Shown: one piece after another, positions 1 to 9,566 of the stretch
How positions within the stretch are numbered: position 1 is the stretch's first letter
How the letters are laid out: the number at the start of each line of letters is the position of its first letter
Sequence record: SRR22947725_1800
DNA length: 37,566 nucleotides
Strand: one strand, 5' to 3'
The notes under the pieces: generated by a model
The model's database searches: none
Seen by the model: only the letters and a program-made list of their open reading frames with translations
What the model was told of the DNA's origin: nothing
Position numbers and translations under genes: made by a program

Positions 1-323
1 AATTGCTTACGGATGTGATTAACCGTAATTTGCTTCTCTCTTGCGGCTCGATAAACAATTGCGGCGATCAAGCCATCTTCATCAACTCGAAAATCTCGCA
101 AAAGATCGGCAATTTCTAATCCCATAAAATAACTGCTGCGACCCGACGGCCAACCCGATCCCAACTGAATTGCTTTTTCCTCGGCTTGTGCCGACAGATC
201 ACAGGCTCGACTAATTCTGTCTAGATCCAAGTCTTCTCGGTCTGCGCCCAGCTCATTCAACCATTGCGCCCGATCAAACTGATCCGCTTCAAAAACAATT
301 CGCTGCTCTCGTGCCTTAACCAT
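1..323 (-). CDS. relA: GTP pyrophosphokinase/(p)ppGpp synthetase I, 5' part (runs off the window edge)
   Basis: Not in the ORF track. Manual translation from ATG at 323 gives MVKAREQRIVFEADQFDRAQWL...SSYFMGLEIADLLRDFRVDEDGLIAAIVYRAAREKQI, which resembles the RelA N-terminus (GLEIAxxL..D.D.L.AA..YR). It follows rlmD with an 8-nt overlap, the conserved rlmD-relA order. Confidence 0.9.
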   Translation of the reverse strand, partial: MVKAREQRIVFEADQFDRAQWLNELGADREDLDLDRISRACDLSAQAEEKAIQLGSGWPSGRSSYFMGLEIADLLRDFRVDEDGLIAAIVYRAAREKQITVNHIRKQ

Positions 324-1620
324 TTTTTGAGCCTCGACTGAAACAGGCGATCGATTCCATATGCGCGGTATGGGGAAACATATCGATCATCCCAAGATGG
401 TCCAACTGAAATCCGCCTGCACGCAGGATGTCCGCGTCCCGTCTCAGCGTCTTTGGATTACAGGACACGTAAACTATTTTGTTGCACGCGCTGGCAGCGA
501 GCTTCTGGCAAACCAGTTCCGCTCCGGACCTAGGTGGATCCAAAAGCGCTTTATTGATCTGGGGCAAAACAAGCGATGCGCTTTCAGATTGGTAGAGGTC
601 CGCGACCTCAAAGGAGACATTGCCCAAACCATTGAGCTGGGCATTGCTAATGGCTCTGTCAACACTGGCTCTGGATGCTTCAAGACCAATCACGCGAGCG
701 GCCCGTTGTGCGACCGCCAGGGAGAAATTACCAATCCCGCAAAAGGCATCTAAGACCAAATCCTCCGAATTTAAGTCAAGCAAATCTAAGGCAAGGTTCA
801 CCATGTTTTGGTTCACGGCTTGGTTGACTTGGGTGAAGTCCATTGGATGAAACTCAAACACCAAGCCTTGATCGGTTAAGCGGTAATGCAACAAGGGATT
901 GGCACCGTCATCGAGGGGCTTAACCGAGTCAGGACCTTTGGATTGCAACAAAATCATAACCTTATGCGCGCCCTGAAATGCCGCGAACGCCGCCAAGTCC
1001 TCAGACGACAAAATTGCCAGATGCCGAACAACCAAGGCTACGGCGCCACTCGAGGCCGCCACTTCTATTTGAGGAATCGTGCTGCGACTGTCTAGGCCGT
1101 CAATCAGGCGAGACAGCGGCTCAATCAGTCTTGCAAGTTCAGGGACCAACACCTGACAGGACGTCATCTCGGTAATATAGGCTGAGCCGACCTCTCGAAA
1201 ACCAATCAAGGTTCGGCCCTTCTTAACAACATGCTTAACCCCAAGGCGGGCTTTACTCCGATAGCCAACTGCATCACCTGAAAGCGTCGGGATCCACTGC
1301 TTGGGTGAGCAGTCATCGAACAAAGCCTGCAACCAATCACGCTTAAACGCCAGTTGCGCCGAACGATCAAAATGCTGGAAGGAGCAACCGCCACATTGCG
1401 CGGCGTGCGCGCACACAGGGATCACACGCGCCGGATGATCCTGTTCGATATTTTGAGCTTGACACACCCACTGACCCTTTTTTTTCTTCAAAGGGACAAT
1501 CAGCGCTTGCTCTCCTGGCAAAAGCCCGTGGATTGCAAATCGAGCGTCTTCGCTGACGCAGGTCCCCTCAATCGTCAAGGTATGTCCGACGTCGGTAAAC
1601 GGCAGTTTCTTCTTTCGCAT
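316..1620 (-). CDS. rlmD: 23S rRNA m5U1939 methyltransferase
   Basis: Fe-S motif CAHAAQCGGC, FTQVN, SAM-binding LDAFCGIGNF, LDPPRSG, YVSCNP and DMFPHT. Likely start is ATG 1620 (MRKKK); the ORF track starts at GTG 1650. Confidence 0.93.
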   Translation of the reverse strand: MRKKKLPFTDVGHTLTIEGTCVSEDARFAIHGLLPGEQALIVPLKKKKGQWVCQAQNIEQDHPARVIPVCAHAAQCGGCSFQHFDRSAQLAFKRDWLQALFDDCSPKQWIPTLSGDAVGYRSKARLGVKHVVKKGRTLIGFREVGSAYITEMTSCQVLVPELARLIEPLSRLIDGLDSRSTIPQIEVAASSGAVALVVRHLAILSSEDLAAFAAFQGAHKVMILLQSKGPDSVKPLDDGANPLLHYRLTDQGLVFEFHPMDFTQVNQAVNQNMVNLALDLLDLNSEDLVLDAFCGIGNFSLAVAQRAARVIGLEASRASVDRAISNAQLNGLGNVSFEVADLYQSESASLVLPQINKALLDPPRSGAELVCQKLAASACNKIVYVSCNPKTLRRDADILRAGGFQLDHLGMIDMFPHTAHMESIACFSRGSKNG

Positions 1621-1682
1621 AATCGCAGCCGGTAGCGTTTGGTGGACCACCCCAGACTAACGTTCAGGGCCATACCGGCAGT

Positions 1683-2582
1683 TTATGCCAAGTCGGCAGT
1701 ATATACACCCGTCGATAAGTAGCGATCGCCACGATCACAAATAATGGCAACAATCGTTGCATTTTCAACCAGCGCGCTGATCTTAAGCGCCGCCGCCACC
1801 GAGCCGCCGGACGAAACCCCAGCAAAGATCCCCTCCTCACGGGCCAGCCGGCGCATCATGGCCTCGGCATCCTTCTGGTCGATGTCCATGACTCGATCGA
1901 CGCCTTCTGGCCGATAAATCTTTGGAAGATAGGCTGTGGGCCAACGCCGAATGCCAGGAATCGCTTGACCCTCAACGGGCTGCAAACCAATAATTTCTAC
2001 TTCAGGTTTGACTTCACCGAAGTATCGACCGACCCCCATAATGGTCCCGGTGGTTCCCATCGAGCTCACGAAATGCGTGACCTCGCCATTCGTCTGACGC
2101 ATGATTTCTGGTCCCGTACCATGATAGTGCGCAAGTGGGTTATCAGGATTTGCAAATTGATCCAGCACAATACCGTCGCCGGCCTGCATCATCGACTGTG
2201 CAAGATCGCGCGCGCCTTCCATGCCTTCTTGCTGTGTCACCAAAATGAGTTCTGCACCATAGGCCTGCATTGCCGCTTTGCGTTCGGCACTCATATGCGC
2301 GGGCATGATCAATTTCAAACGATATCCTTTTATCGCAGCCGCCATGGCCAAGGCGATTCCCGTATTACCGCTGGTCGCCTCGATCAACACATCTCCCGGT
2401 TGAATCACGCCGCGCTGTTCTGCGCGCTGAATCATGCTCAGGGCGGGTCGATCCTTGACCGAGCCGGCCGGGTTATTGCCCTCAAGCTTTGCGAGCACGG
2501 TGTTGCTGGTCACCCCTGGTAAGCGCTGTAGGCGAACCAAAGGGGTTTCTCCGACGCATTCCTCAATCGTTGGGTACTGGAT
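1683..2582 (-). CDS. cysM: cysteine synthase B (O-acetylserine sulfhydrylase B)
   Basis: PLP-lysine motif KLEGNNPAGSVKDR, ATSGNTG, GTTGT, IPGIRRW, CDRGDRYLS. The conserved N-terminus QYPTIEECVGETPLVRL extends upstream of the track's TTG 2540. Start placed at ATC 2582 behind AAGGAG (see findings). Confidence 0.92.
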   Translation of the reverse strand: MQYPTIEECVGETPLVRLQRLPGVTSNTVLAKLEGNNPAGSVKDRPALSMIQRAEQRGVIQPGDVLIEATSGNTGIALAMAAAIKGYRLKLIMPAHMSAERKAAMQAYGAELILVTQQEGMEGARDLAQSMMQAGDGIVLDQFANPDNPLAHYHGTGPEIMRQTNGEVTHFVSSMGTTGTIMGVGRYFGEVKPEVEIIGLQPVEGQAIPGIRRWPTAYLPKIYRPEGVDRVMDIDQKDAEAMMRRLAREEGIFAGVSSGGSVAAALKISALVENATIVAIICDRGDRYLSTGVYTADLA

Positions 2583-2924
2583 AATGGGCTCCTTGCCTCA
2601 CTGGCCGTTATGGATTACAAAAGCTTAATCGAATGCAGTCTTTCCTTGAACCATTGACTGCCTCTAAGCTCAGTTCAATTCGGAATAAGGACATTTCAAA
2701 GGAAGCGATGACGCAATCAAAAACCGAAAAGCGCACCATAAAAAGGTAATCAAGCAGGCTAAACGGGACAGGCCAGCCTACTGGCTCGATCATAAGATTA
2801 AAGGCTTTGCACCGGACAGCACAGACGTTGAAACCCTCAAGACGGCAGTGCGACGATCGAGCAGGCTGACCCGTTTCTAACCTCGCACAAGGTCTTCGGT
2901 TGTTTTGCCGCCACGGGAGTCTTC

Positions 2925-3812
2925 ATGTCAAACAGTCATATTGCTGCGGATAGCCAAACCGTTATGGTCCAAGGCGAGCCCAAGACCCAAGCGCTCGCCC
3001 AATCGCAAAACCTCATCTTCGTATTGACCAGTTACGCGCTCGATCCAAATCGAGCCATACTGACGCGATTGCTGATCGATCTAGATCGAAAATTTATGCT
3101 TTTACCGATCGAACGCTTTACCCAAAGCGCCATTAAGATCGCAAAGACAGATCTGATTCTCATTGATGCGGTTCACTTAAGTCAGGCAGGTTGCGCGAGT
3201 CGTGTCCCCAAACTTCTCTTTGACTATCAGGATGCGTGCGCCGTCGTCAGCGACAAGGGTAATCAGACGCCAAGCACGAATCCTGAAAGATTTGTGTCCC
3301 ATCAACAATTACGGCGACAGCTGTCTCTGCCGGCAACCGTTAACCGCCCTGCCTCCCCGCAGATCATCGTCTTAGACCACAATCAAACCCCATCGCCAGA
3401 AAGGAACCTTTTAGCGGAAGCAGAGGTGGACGATAAGACGCCGGACTTAGCCTTGACGACCCCGAACTTGGAATCCCTGTTCGATCAAAAGCTCGCCATC
3501 GAACGCGCTCGCGGACAACGGAATTTGGCGATGGATCTGTATCATCTACTCAAAGTCAGCCTCGAGGAGGACCTTGCTGATCTCGCGACGGCGCTTAGCG
3601 ACAATGATTTGAGTCAGCTGCAACGCATATTACATAAATTATCCGGCGCGCTCGCGCTAACCGGTGCTCGTCAGCTAGAACAAGCTGTCGAGCGCGCCAA
3701 AAAGGCTTTAAAAACTGGCGAGGATCTCTCAGCGGCGCGCGCGGTCTTGCTTGCCGGTGAACCGCTATTGGCCCTGATGAACCATGTTTCGTGGGAGGCG
3801 CCGCCTAAGTAA
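2925..3812 (+). CDS. Hpt (histidine phosphotransfer) domain protein; C-terminus resembles the GacS/BarA Hpt, no kinase core
   Basis: C-terminal FDQKLAIERARGQRNLAMDLYHLLKVSL...ILHKLSGALALTGARQL fits the Hpt HxLxG motif. RBS GGGAG precedes the ATG. No TM helix, H-box or ATPase boxes are visible. Confidence 0.75.
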   Translation: MSNSHIAADSQTVMVQGEPKTQALAQSQNLIFVLTSYALDPNRAILTRLLIDLDRKFMLLPIERFTQSAIKIAKTDLILIDAVHLSQAGCASRVPKLLFDYQDACAVVSDKGNQTPSTNPERFVSHQQLRRQLSLPATVNRPASPQIIVLDHNQTPSPERNLLAEAEVDDKTPDLALTTPNLESLFDQKLAIERARGQRNLAMDLYHLLKVSLEEDLADLATALSDNDLSQLQRILHKLSGALALTGARQLEQAVERAKKALKTGEDLSAARAVLLAGEPLLALMNHVSWEAPPK

Positions 3813-4206
3813 TCGGCGCCAATCCCTCGGCGATGGCCACGCTCACGACGAACCCTGCCTCATCACTGAGTGATAGATGCCAGCGCTGAACACCCAGACT
3901 GGCCGCTTTCGTTAAAGCCTCGCGCAATAACTTGACACTGGGTTGTCCAGCACTATTTCGCAGAACTTCGATTCGATTAAACTGCACGCCTTCGCGCATA
4001 CCGGTACCCAGCGCTTTACTCACAGCCTCTTTTGCCGCAAATTGCTTTGCCACATAGGCAGTCCTGCTAGGCCCAACTTCGAATGCGTCAAACCGCGCGC
4101 GCTCGGCCTGGCTCAAGATTCGACCAACAAATCGATCCGGATGTCTTGCTAAGACCCGAGCAATCCGATCAATGCAGACGAGGTCTGTACCAACACCAAT
4201 AATCAT
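3805..4206 (-). CDS. acpS: holo-[acyl-carrier-protein] synthase
   Basis: [35 protein letters not shown] overlap with the recO stop. Confidence 0.95.
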   Translation of the reverse strand: MIIGVGTDLVCIDRIARVLARHPDRFVGRILSQAERARFDAFEVGPSRTAYVAKQFAAKEAVSKALGTGMREGVQFNRIEVLRNSAGQPSVKLLREALTKAASLGVQRWHLSLSDEAGFVVSVAIAEGLAPIT

Positions 4207-4919
4207 AATTGAGGCGGCTCCAACAAATCTCGCGCCTTTAACGGTCGACCACCCAACAAATGATGAACAACTTGCCGAACCACTAACTTAACAATTTTGG
4301 CACCCTGATCACTCATAATCCCATCTCCCAAAGCAATCAGGTCAGCGCCTCTATAACCAGAATCCTCGGGCCGGGCTAGCCAGCGAAACCCTTGTTCCGG
4401 GAAGAAGTCGTACTGCCCCTCAATCTTTATCGTGGTTTGTCGACTCGCATCGAACCGAAAATCAATACCAAACCCGAGCTCCGCCAACATCGCTAATTCA
4501 AAAATACGGAGCGCTTTCAAATCGAGCGGCGTCACCCTCAGCGTCCGAATCAATCGATCATAGGCATCGAATAAAGCGCTTTGGGCCTCAAACCGCCCCA
4601 CCAAACGGTAAATCAATTCATTGACATACAGCCCAACAATCGCAGCTTGTCCCACAAGCGGCACGTAATCTCCAAGACTTTCTATTACCTTCGCCGTTGC
4701 AAGCTCCCCGCGACTTAACCGTTGAACGGCTAACTTGCGAAACAAGTGCAACTCTGCCCGGCTTGATAGTTGTTTTTTTTGCTGACGGCGAATTCCCTTA
4801 AACAGCAAAGCGCATCGTCCTTGATCTCGTGAAAAAAACTCAACGAGCAGACTCGTTTCTTGAAACTTACGGGTATGCAGAACATAACCCGTTAAACAAT
4901 CGGTTTCAGATATCGTCAT
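4203..4919 (-). CDS. recO: DNA repair protein RecO
   Basis: [57 protein letters not shown]; follows era. Confidence 0.92.
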   Translation of the reverse strand: MTISETDCLTGYVLHTRKFQETSLLVEFFSRDQGRCALLFKGIRRQQKKQLSSRAELHLFRKLAVQRLSRGELATAKVIESLGDYVPLVGQAAIVGLYVNELIYRLVGRFEAQSALFDAYDRLIRTLRVTPLDLKALRIFELAMLAELGFGIDFRFDASRQTTIKIEGQYDFFPEQGFRWLARPEDSGYRGADLIALGDGIMSDQGAKIVKLVVRQVVHHLLGGRPLKARDLLEPPQL

Positions 4920-5805
4920 AGCCTAGGCTCTTGAGGGCTCGATCACTGTCCGACCAACCCGATTTCACCTTAACCCAAGTATTCAGCATCACCTTTTGCG
5001 CCAGTAATGCTTCGAGATCCTTTCGTGCCTCGATCCCAATTTGCTTCAATCGTTTACCTTGGCTACCGATCAAAATACTTTTCTGACCCTCGCGTTCGAC
5101 GAAAATCGTCGCTGTAATGTGGGCAACACCCCGTTCTTCCTTAAAGGCATCAATCTGAATGGTTAACGCATAGGGCAACTCGTCACCGAGCTGGCGCATC
5201 AACTTTTCTCGGATAATCTCTGAGGCTAAAAACCGTTCACTACGATCGGTCACCTGATCCTTCTGAAAGTAAAATGGACTTTTAGGCAGATGCGCACAGA
5301 CGTCTGCCTCTAGCGCCTCTAGGTTATCGCGCTTTTCACCAGAAATGGGCATTACGACCGCTTTGGGCGAGCGGGCTTGCAACGACGCAAGCAGCGGTAG
5401 CAAGCTGCCTTTATCTTTCATCAAATCGACTTTATTGACCGCGATGATCAAGTGCGCCTTCGTACCTTGAATGGCATCTTCGACAAGTTGATCATCTTCA
5501 TTCCAATTTTTACGATCCAGGACAAAGATCACGACATCAACATCCCGAATCACGCTCAACGCATTCCGGTTCATGTAACGATTTATCGCGCGCTTACCCG
5601 CCACATGAATCCCTGGTGTGTCGACATAGAGAATCTGATCACCCTGGGTTGTCTTGATCCCAAGCAATTGATGCCGAGTGGTTTGGGGCTTTCTCGACGT
5701 GATACTTAACTTTTGCTCGAGCAAGGCATTCAACAAGGTCGACTTGCCAACATTCGGTCGGCCTACTATCGCCACATAACCACAACGCGTCTTAACGTCA
5801 TCCAT
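4906..5805 (-). CDS. era: GTPase Era
   Basis: [22 protein letters not shown] and a C-terminal KH domain. Start placed at ATG 5805 (MDDVKTRCG); the longer ORF-track extension overlaps rnc. Confidence 0.96.
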   Translation of the reverse strand: MDDVKTRCGYVAIVGRPNVGKSTLLNALLEQKLSITSRKPQTTRHQLLGIKTTQGDQILYVDTPGIHVAGKRAINRYMNRNALSVIRDVDVVIFVLDRKNWNEDDQLVEDAIQGTKAHLIIAVNKVDLMKDKGSLLPLLASLQARSPKAVVMPISGEKRDNLEALEADVCAHLPKSPFYFQKDQVTDRSERFLASEIIREKLMRQLGDELPYALTIQIDAFKEERGVAHITATIFVEREGQKSILIGSQGKRLKQIGIEARKDLEALLAQKVMLNTWVKVKSGWSDSDRALKSLGYDDI

Positions 5806-6493
5806 TTGGTTTCTCTCGATGTAGTTGTGCAAGGCAAGTTTCGGCGGCTTTTTGCTCCGCTTGTTTAATTGAGTCGCCCTCTGCAACCGCGGGGGTTGCA
5901 AGCAACTGACAGGTGCACGTGACGGTAAATCGCTGCTGATGACCGAGGCCCGTGGTTTGAAGTAACGCATAGGTCGGTAGGGGCATGCCCTCGCCCTGCA
6001 AAAACTCCTGCAACGCCGTTTTGGAATCCTTGATCACACGACGCGCATCCAAACGGTTAAACTGATCTTCAAACCAGTCTGTGATGAGCTCGGTCACAGT
6101 CTGTAATCCCGCCTCCAGATAGATCGCGCCGAGAATCGCCTCAAGGCTATCCGCCAGGATAGAGTCTCTCTCCCAACCGCCGGACTGCCGTTCACCCGGG
6201 CCCAGGATCAGGTGCCGCCCGACCCCAAGCTCGCGCGCCTTGCTGGCCAAGCTCTCTTTCCGAACCAACTGCGCTCGAAATCGGCTTAACCGGCCCTCAT
6301 CAACCCCTGGAAACTGGTGATACAACCGATGCGTCACCACAAGTTCCAAAACGGCGTCACCCAGGAATTCTAGACGTTCATTATGAAGCCCTGCGGCACT
6401 GCGATGGGTCAGCGCTAGTTTGAGACCGGTAACGTCGGTAAAAACGTAACCTAATTGCGCTTGTAGTTGTTCTATCTTGTCTTGGGCCGGCAA
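5798..6493 (-). CDS. rnc: ribonuclease III
   Basis: ALTHRS, signature [28 protein letters not shown], dsRBD ([11 protein letters not shown]...AEQKAA); TTG start. Confidence 0.96.
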   Translation of the reverse strand: MPAQDKIEQLQAQLGYVFTDVTGLKLALTHRSAAGLHNERLEFLGDAVLELVVTHRLYHQFPGVDEGRLSRFRAQLVRKESLASKARELGVGRHLILGPGERQSGGWERDSILADSLEAILGAIYLEAGLQTVTELITDWFEDQFNRLDARRVIKDSKTALQEFLQGEGMPLPTYALLQTTGLGHQQRFTVTCTCQLLATPAVAEGDSIKQAEQKAAETCLAQLHREKPNG

Positions 6494-6497
6494 AATA

Positions 6498-6881
6498 TCA
6501 ATCGTCTAATCGAATCGAGTCATCAAAGGCAATGACATAGTCTATGTTCACTGCCAAATCCCCACGCACCTCGTATTGCAGGCGCACAACCGACCGGTCC
6601 GATCCCGATTCTAATTCGAATCGACTTTCTTTAATAAAATCGTGCAGGTTGTTCAATTTAAACCTCCGTTCAATCATTGTTTGCAGCGCATCAGATTCTA
6701 ATTGAGACGTCTCAGGGCTTTGCGCGAGGTCTTCCACAATCGAAATCGCCATTCGATGATCCCAATAGACTGGCGCAAATTTAGCGCCAATCGAACCGAC
6801 AGCAATACAGATCGACAACCAAATCAGAATTTCACTAAAGGCCAATCCTTCGGACTTTCTGACAAAAGTCATCTCGATCAC
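6498..6881 (-). CDS. DUF4845-like single-pass membrane protein
   Basis: Pilin-like N-terminus (SEG followed by a hydrophobic helix), P.Y.D and YEVR motifs; conserved position between lepB and rnc. Confidence 0.7.
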   Translation of the reverse strand: MIEMTFVRKSEGLAFSEILIWLSICIAVGSIGAKFAPVYWDHRMAISIVEDLAQSPETSQLESDALQTMIERRFKLNNLHDFIKESRFELESGSDRSVVRLQYEVRGDLAVNIDYVIAFDDSIRLDD

Positions 6882-6882
6882 T

Positions 6883-7662
6883 TTATTTTATCCAACCGTT
6901 TCGCGAGAAATTGGGTAACGATAACCCGGGCTCCTTGTGCAGCCAGACCGCGAAGGCCTTACCGACAATCTTATCTTCTGAGGCAAAGCCCCAATACCGA
7001 CTATCGCTGCTTTGATCACGATTGTCGCCCATCATAAAATAATGGCCGCTGGGCACTAACCATTCCTGGACTCTCGCATCCTGGTATTGGTTTCGATGGA
7101 TCTCATGTTGCGACGACCCAAATACCTCGCTAAATCGCAATTGTTCTGGCCGAGTGTTCGGCACTTCCCCAAGGTAGGTCTGCACCTGCTCAACATTATT
7201 AATATAGAGCACCTTATTCTGGTACCGAACCCGGTCGCCTGGGAGCCCCACCACGCGTTTGATGAAATAGTCTTCCTGATGGGGCGGAATAAACACCATC
7301 GCGTCACCGCGAGCCGGTTCGCCGACCTCAAAGACTTTGGTCCCAACAACCGGCAACCGAATACCATAGGCAAACTTATTGACCAAAATAAAATCACCGA
7401 CCTCAAGTGTTGGAATCATGGAGCCTGAAGGAATCTGAAACGGCTCCGCGAGGAAAGAACGCAAGATCAAAACAAACAACAGTACGGGAAAAAAGGAGAT
7501 CGCGTATTCCACAACCGCAGGTTGAGCGAGATTGCTTTGATCGGGACTGCCTTCGGCTTTGGGTCGCCGAGGCGCAAGCCAATAGGCTTCAAACAGCCAG
7601 ATCAGGCCGCACCCACCGGTTAACAGGACCAAAATCAAGGGGAAGTTAATACTCAAATCCAT
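6883..7662 (-). CDS. lepB: signal peptidase I
   Basis: EPFQIPSGSMIPTL (catalytic Ser), YFIKRVVGLPGD (catalytic Lys), GDNRDQSSDSRYWG. Confidence 0.96.
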   Translation of the reverse strand: MDLSINFPLILVLLTGGCGLIWLFEAYWLAPRRPKAEGSPDQSNLAQPAVVEYAISFFPVLLFVLILRSFLAEPFQIPSGSMIPTLEVGDFILVNKFAYGIRLPVVGTKVFEVGEPARGDAMVFIPPHQEDYFIKRVVGLPGDRVRYQNKVLYINNVEQVQTYLGEVPNTRPEQLRFSEVFGSSQHEIHRNQYQDARVQEWLVPSGHYFMMGDNRDQSSDSRYWGFASEDKIVGKAFAVWLHKEPGLSLPNFSRNGWIK

Positions 7663-7689
7663 TGGCTTGCCTCCTTGGCCGGAACACGC

Positions 7690-9483
7690 TCAGCGGTCGA
7701 CTTTCAGCACCGCTAAAAATGCTTCTTGTGGAATTTCAACACTACCCACCTGTTTCATTCTGCGTTTACCCGCTTTTTGTTTCTCGAGCAGTTTCTTCTT
7801 TCGGGTGATATCGCCACCATAGCATTTCGCTGTGACATTTTTTCGAAGCGCTTTAACCGTCTGACGCGCAATAATCTGTCCACCAATCGCCGCTTGGATC
7901 GCCACATCAAACATTTGCCTCGGAATCAGTTCCTTCATCTTGCTGGTAAGGGCCATACCTTTACTTCTGGAGTCTTCTGTATGAACGATAATCGCCAGCG
8001 CATCGACTCGATCGCCATTGATCAAAACATCTAAACGCGCCAGTTTCGCCGCTTGAAAGCGCACAAAGCTATAGTCAAGTGACGCATAACCGCGTGATAC
8101 AGATTTAATTCTGTCAAAGAAATCCAGAACGACTTCATTCATTGGCAACTCATAAGCCAAGGAGACTTGCTTACCCACAAACTGCATATCTTTTTGAACG
8201 CCACGCCGCTCCTCGCACAAAACAATCACGTTGCCTAAATGCTCCGAGGGCACCAAGATATTCGCTAAGACAATCGGTTCCCGCATTTCTTGAATACTAC
8301 CCATGTCGGGTAGCTGCGATGGATTATCAACGCTAATGACCTCATTTCCCTTTGTGAGCACCTCATAGACCACCGTTGGTGCGGAGGTAATCAGATCCAG
8401 GTCATACTCGCGCTCTAAGCGCTCCTGAACGATTTCCATATGGAGCATGCCCAGAAACCCACACCGAAACCCACTGCCCAAGGCATCGGAGCTTTCTGGC
8501 TCATAGATCAAGGAAGCATCGTTCAGGGTGAGTTTTTCTAGGGCATCTCGAAAATTATTAAAGTCATCTGCACTGACCGTAAACATGCCGGCATAGACTT
8601 GCGGGCTGACCCGTTCAAAGCCAGGCAAGGCCTCGGTGCCTGCCCCAGGGCTCACAATGGTATCCCCAACAGGTGCCCCTCGCACCTCTTTAATCCCGGC
8701 CACAACAAACCCCACTTCCCCTGACGCAAGGCTGTCAGTTTCGGTCCGCTTGGGCGTAAAGATACCAACCGCATCGGCTTGGTGGGTCTTGCCGGTTGAA
8801 TGAATAATGAACTTATCTTTCTTCTTGATCCGGCCCTTAATCACTTTAATGAGCGATACCACACCCAAATAATTATCGAACCAAGAGTCGATGATCAGTG
8901 CTTGGAGCGGCTCTTCTCGATAATCTTTTGGTGGTGGGATCAGCTCAATCAAACTTTCCAACAAGTCCCGAACGCCAACACCCGTTTTGGCACTAACCGA
9001 AATCGCAGCACTGGCGTCAATGCCAATAATTTCTTCAATTTCCTGACAAACCCGCTCTGGCTCCGCTTGGGGTAAATCAATTTTGTTCAAGACCGGCAGG
9101 ACCTCAAGCCCCTGACCTACCGCTGTGTAACAATTTGCAACCGATTGCGCCTCAACGCCTTGTGCTGCGTCAACCACCAGTAAAGCGCCCTCACAGGCCG
9201 CCAAGGAGCGGGAGACTTCATAACTAAAGTCAACATGCCCAGGGGTATCAATGATGTTGAGCTGATAAACCTGGCCATCGGCTGCAGGGTAATTTAAGGA
9301 GACACTTTGCGCTTTAATCGTGATCCCACGCTCTCGCTCGATATCCATCGAGTCCAGTACCTGGCTCGCCATTTCTCGTTCGCTCAGACCGCCGCAGAGC
9401 TGGATAAAGCGGTCAGCCAGGGTCGACTTCCCATGATCAATATGGGCGATAATCGAAAAATTTCGGATAAATTTAGGATCCAT
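7690..9483 (-). CDS. lepA: elongation factor 4 (LepA)
   Basis: [52 protein letters not shown] at 9483. Confidence 0.98.
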   Translation of the reverse strand: MDPKFIRNFSIIAHIDHGKSTLADRFIQLCGGLSEREMASQVLDSMDIERERGITIKAQSVSLNYPAADGQVYQLNIIDTPGHVDFSYEVSRSLAACEGALLVVDAAQGVEAQSVANCYTAVGQGLEVLPVLNKIDLPQAEPERVCQEIEEIIGIDASAAISVSAKTGVGVRDLLESLIELIPPPKDYREEPLQALIIDSWFDNYLGVVSLIKVIKGRIKKKDKFIIHSTGKTHQADAVGIFTPKRTETDSLASGEVGFVVAGIKEVRGAPVGDTIVSPGAGTEALPGFERVSPQVYAGMFTVSADDFNNFRDALEKLTLNDASLIYEPESSDALGSGFRCGFLGMLHMEIVQERLEREYDLDLITSAPTVVYEVLTKGNEVISVDNPSQLPDMGSIQEMREPIVLANILVPSEHLGNVIVLCEERRGVQKDMQFVGKQVSLAYELPMNEVVLDFFDRIKSVSRGYASLDYSFVRFQAAKLARLDVLINGDRVDALAIIVHTEDSRSKGMALTSKMKELIPRQMFDVAIQAAIGGQIIARQTVKALRKNVTAKCYGGDITRKKKLLEKQKAGKRRMKQVGSVEIPQEAFLAVLKVDR

Positions 9484-9513
9484 CAAAACGGTACTAACCC
9501 TAGGAAATGCGGC

Positions 9514-9554
9514 GGAGTCTAATGGAAATCACTGGATTTCGCCATCAGACTTCC
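9514..9554 (-). promoter_or_regulatory. 41-nt imperfect inverted repeat between mucD and lepA, overlapping a candidate lepA -10 (TAGACT)
   Basis: Minus strand reads GGAAGTCTGATGG-CG-AAATC-CAGT-GATTT-CCATTAGACT-CC, followed by GC-rich sequence. Confidence 0.45.
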
Positions 9555-9566
9555 CGGATCTTGCCG

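Noticed and set aside
2708..2749. 13-codon ORF MTQSKTEKRTIKR behind AAGGAAG, upstream of the Hpt gene
   Set aside because: Too short to distinguish from chance; no attenuator structure or regulatory codon bias.
5806..5970. N-terminal extension of Era
   Set aside because: Alternative-frame overlap with the rnc dsRBD; ATG 5805 gives a normal 299-aa Era.
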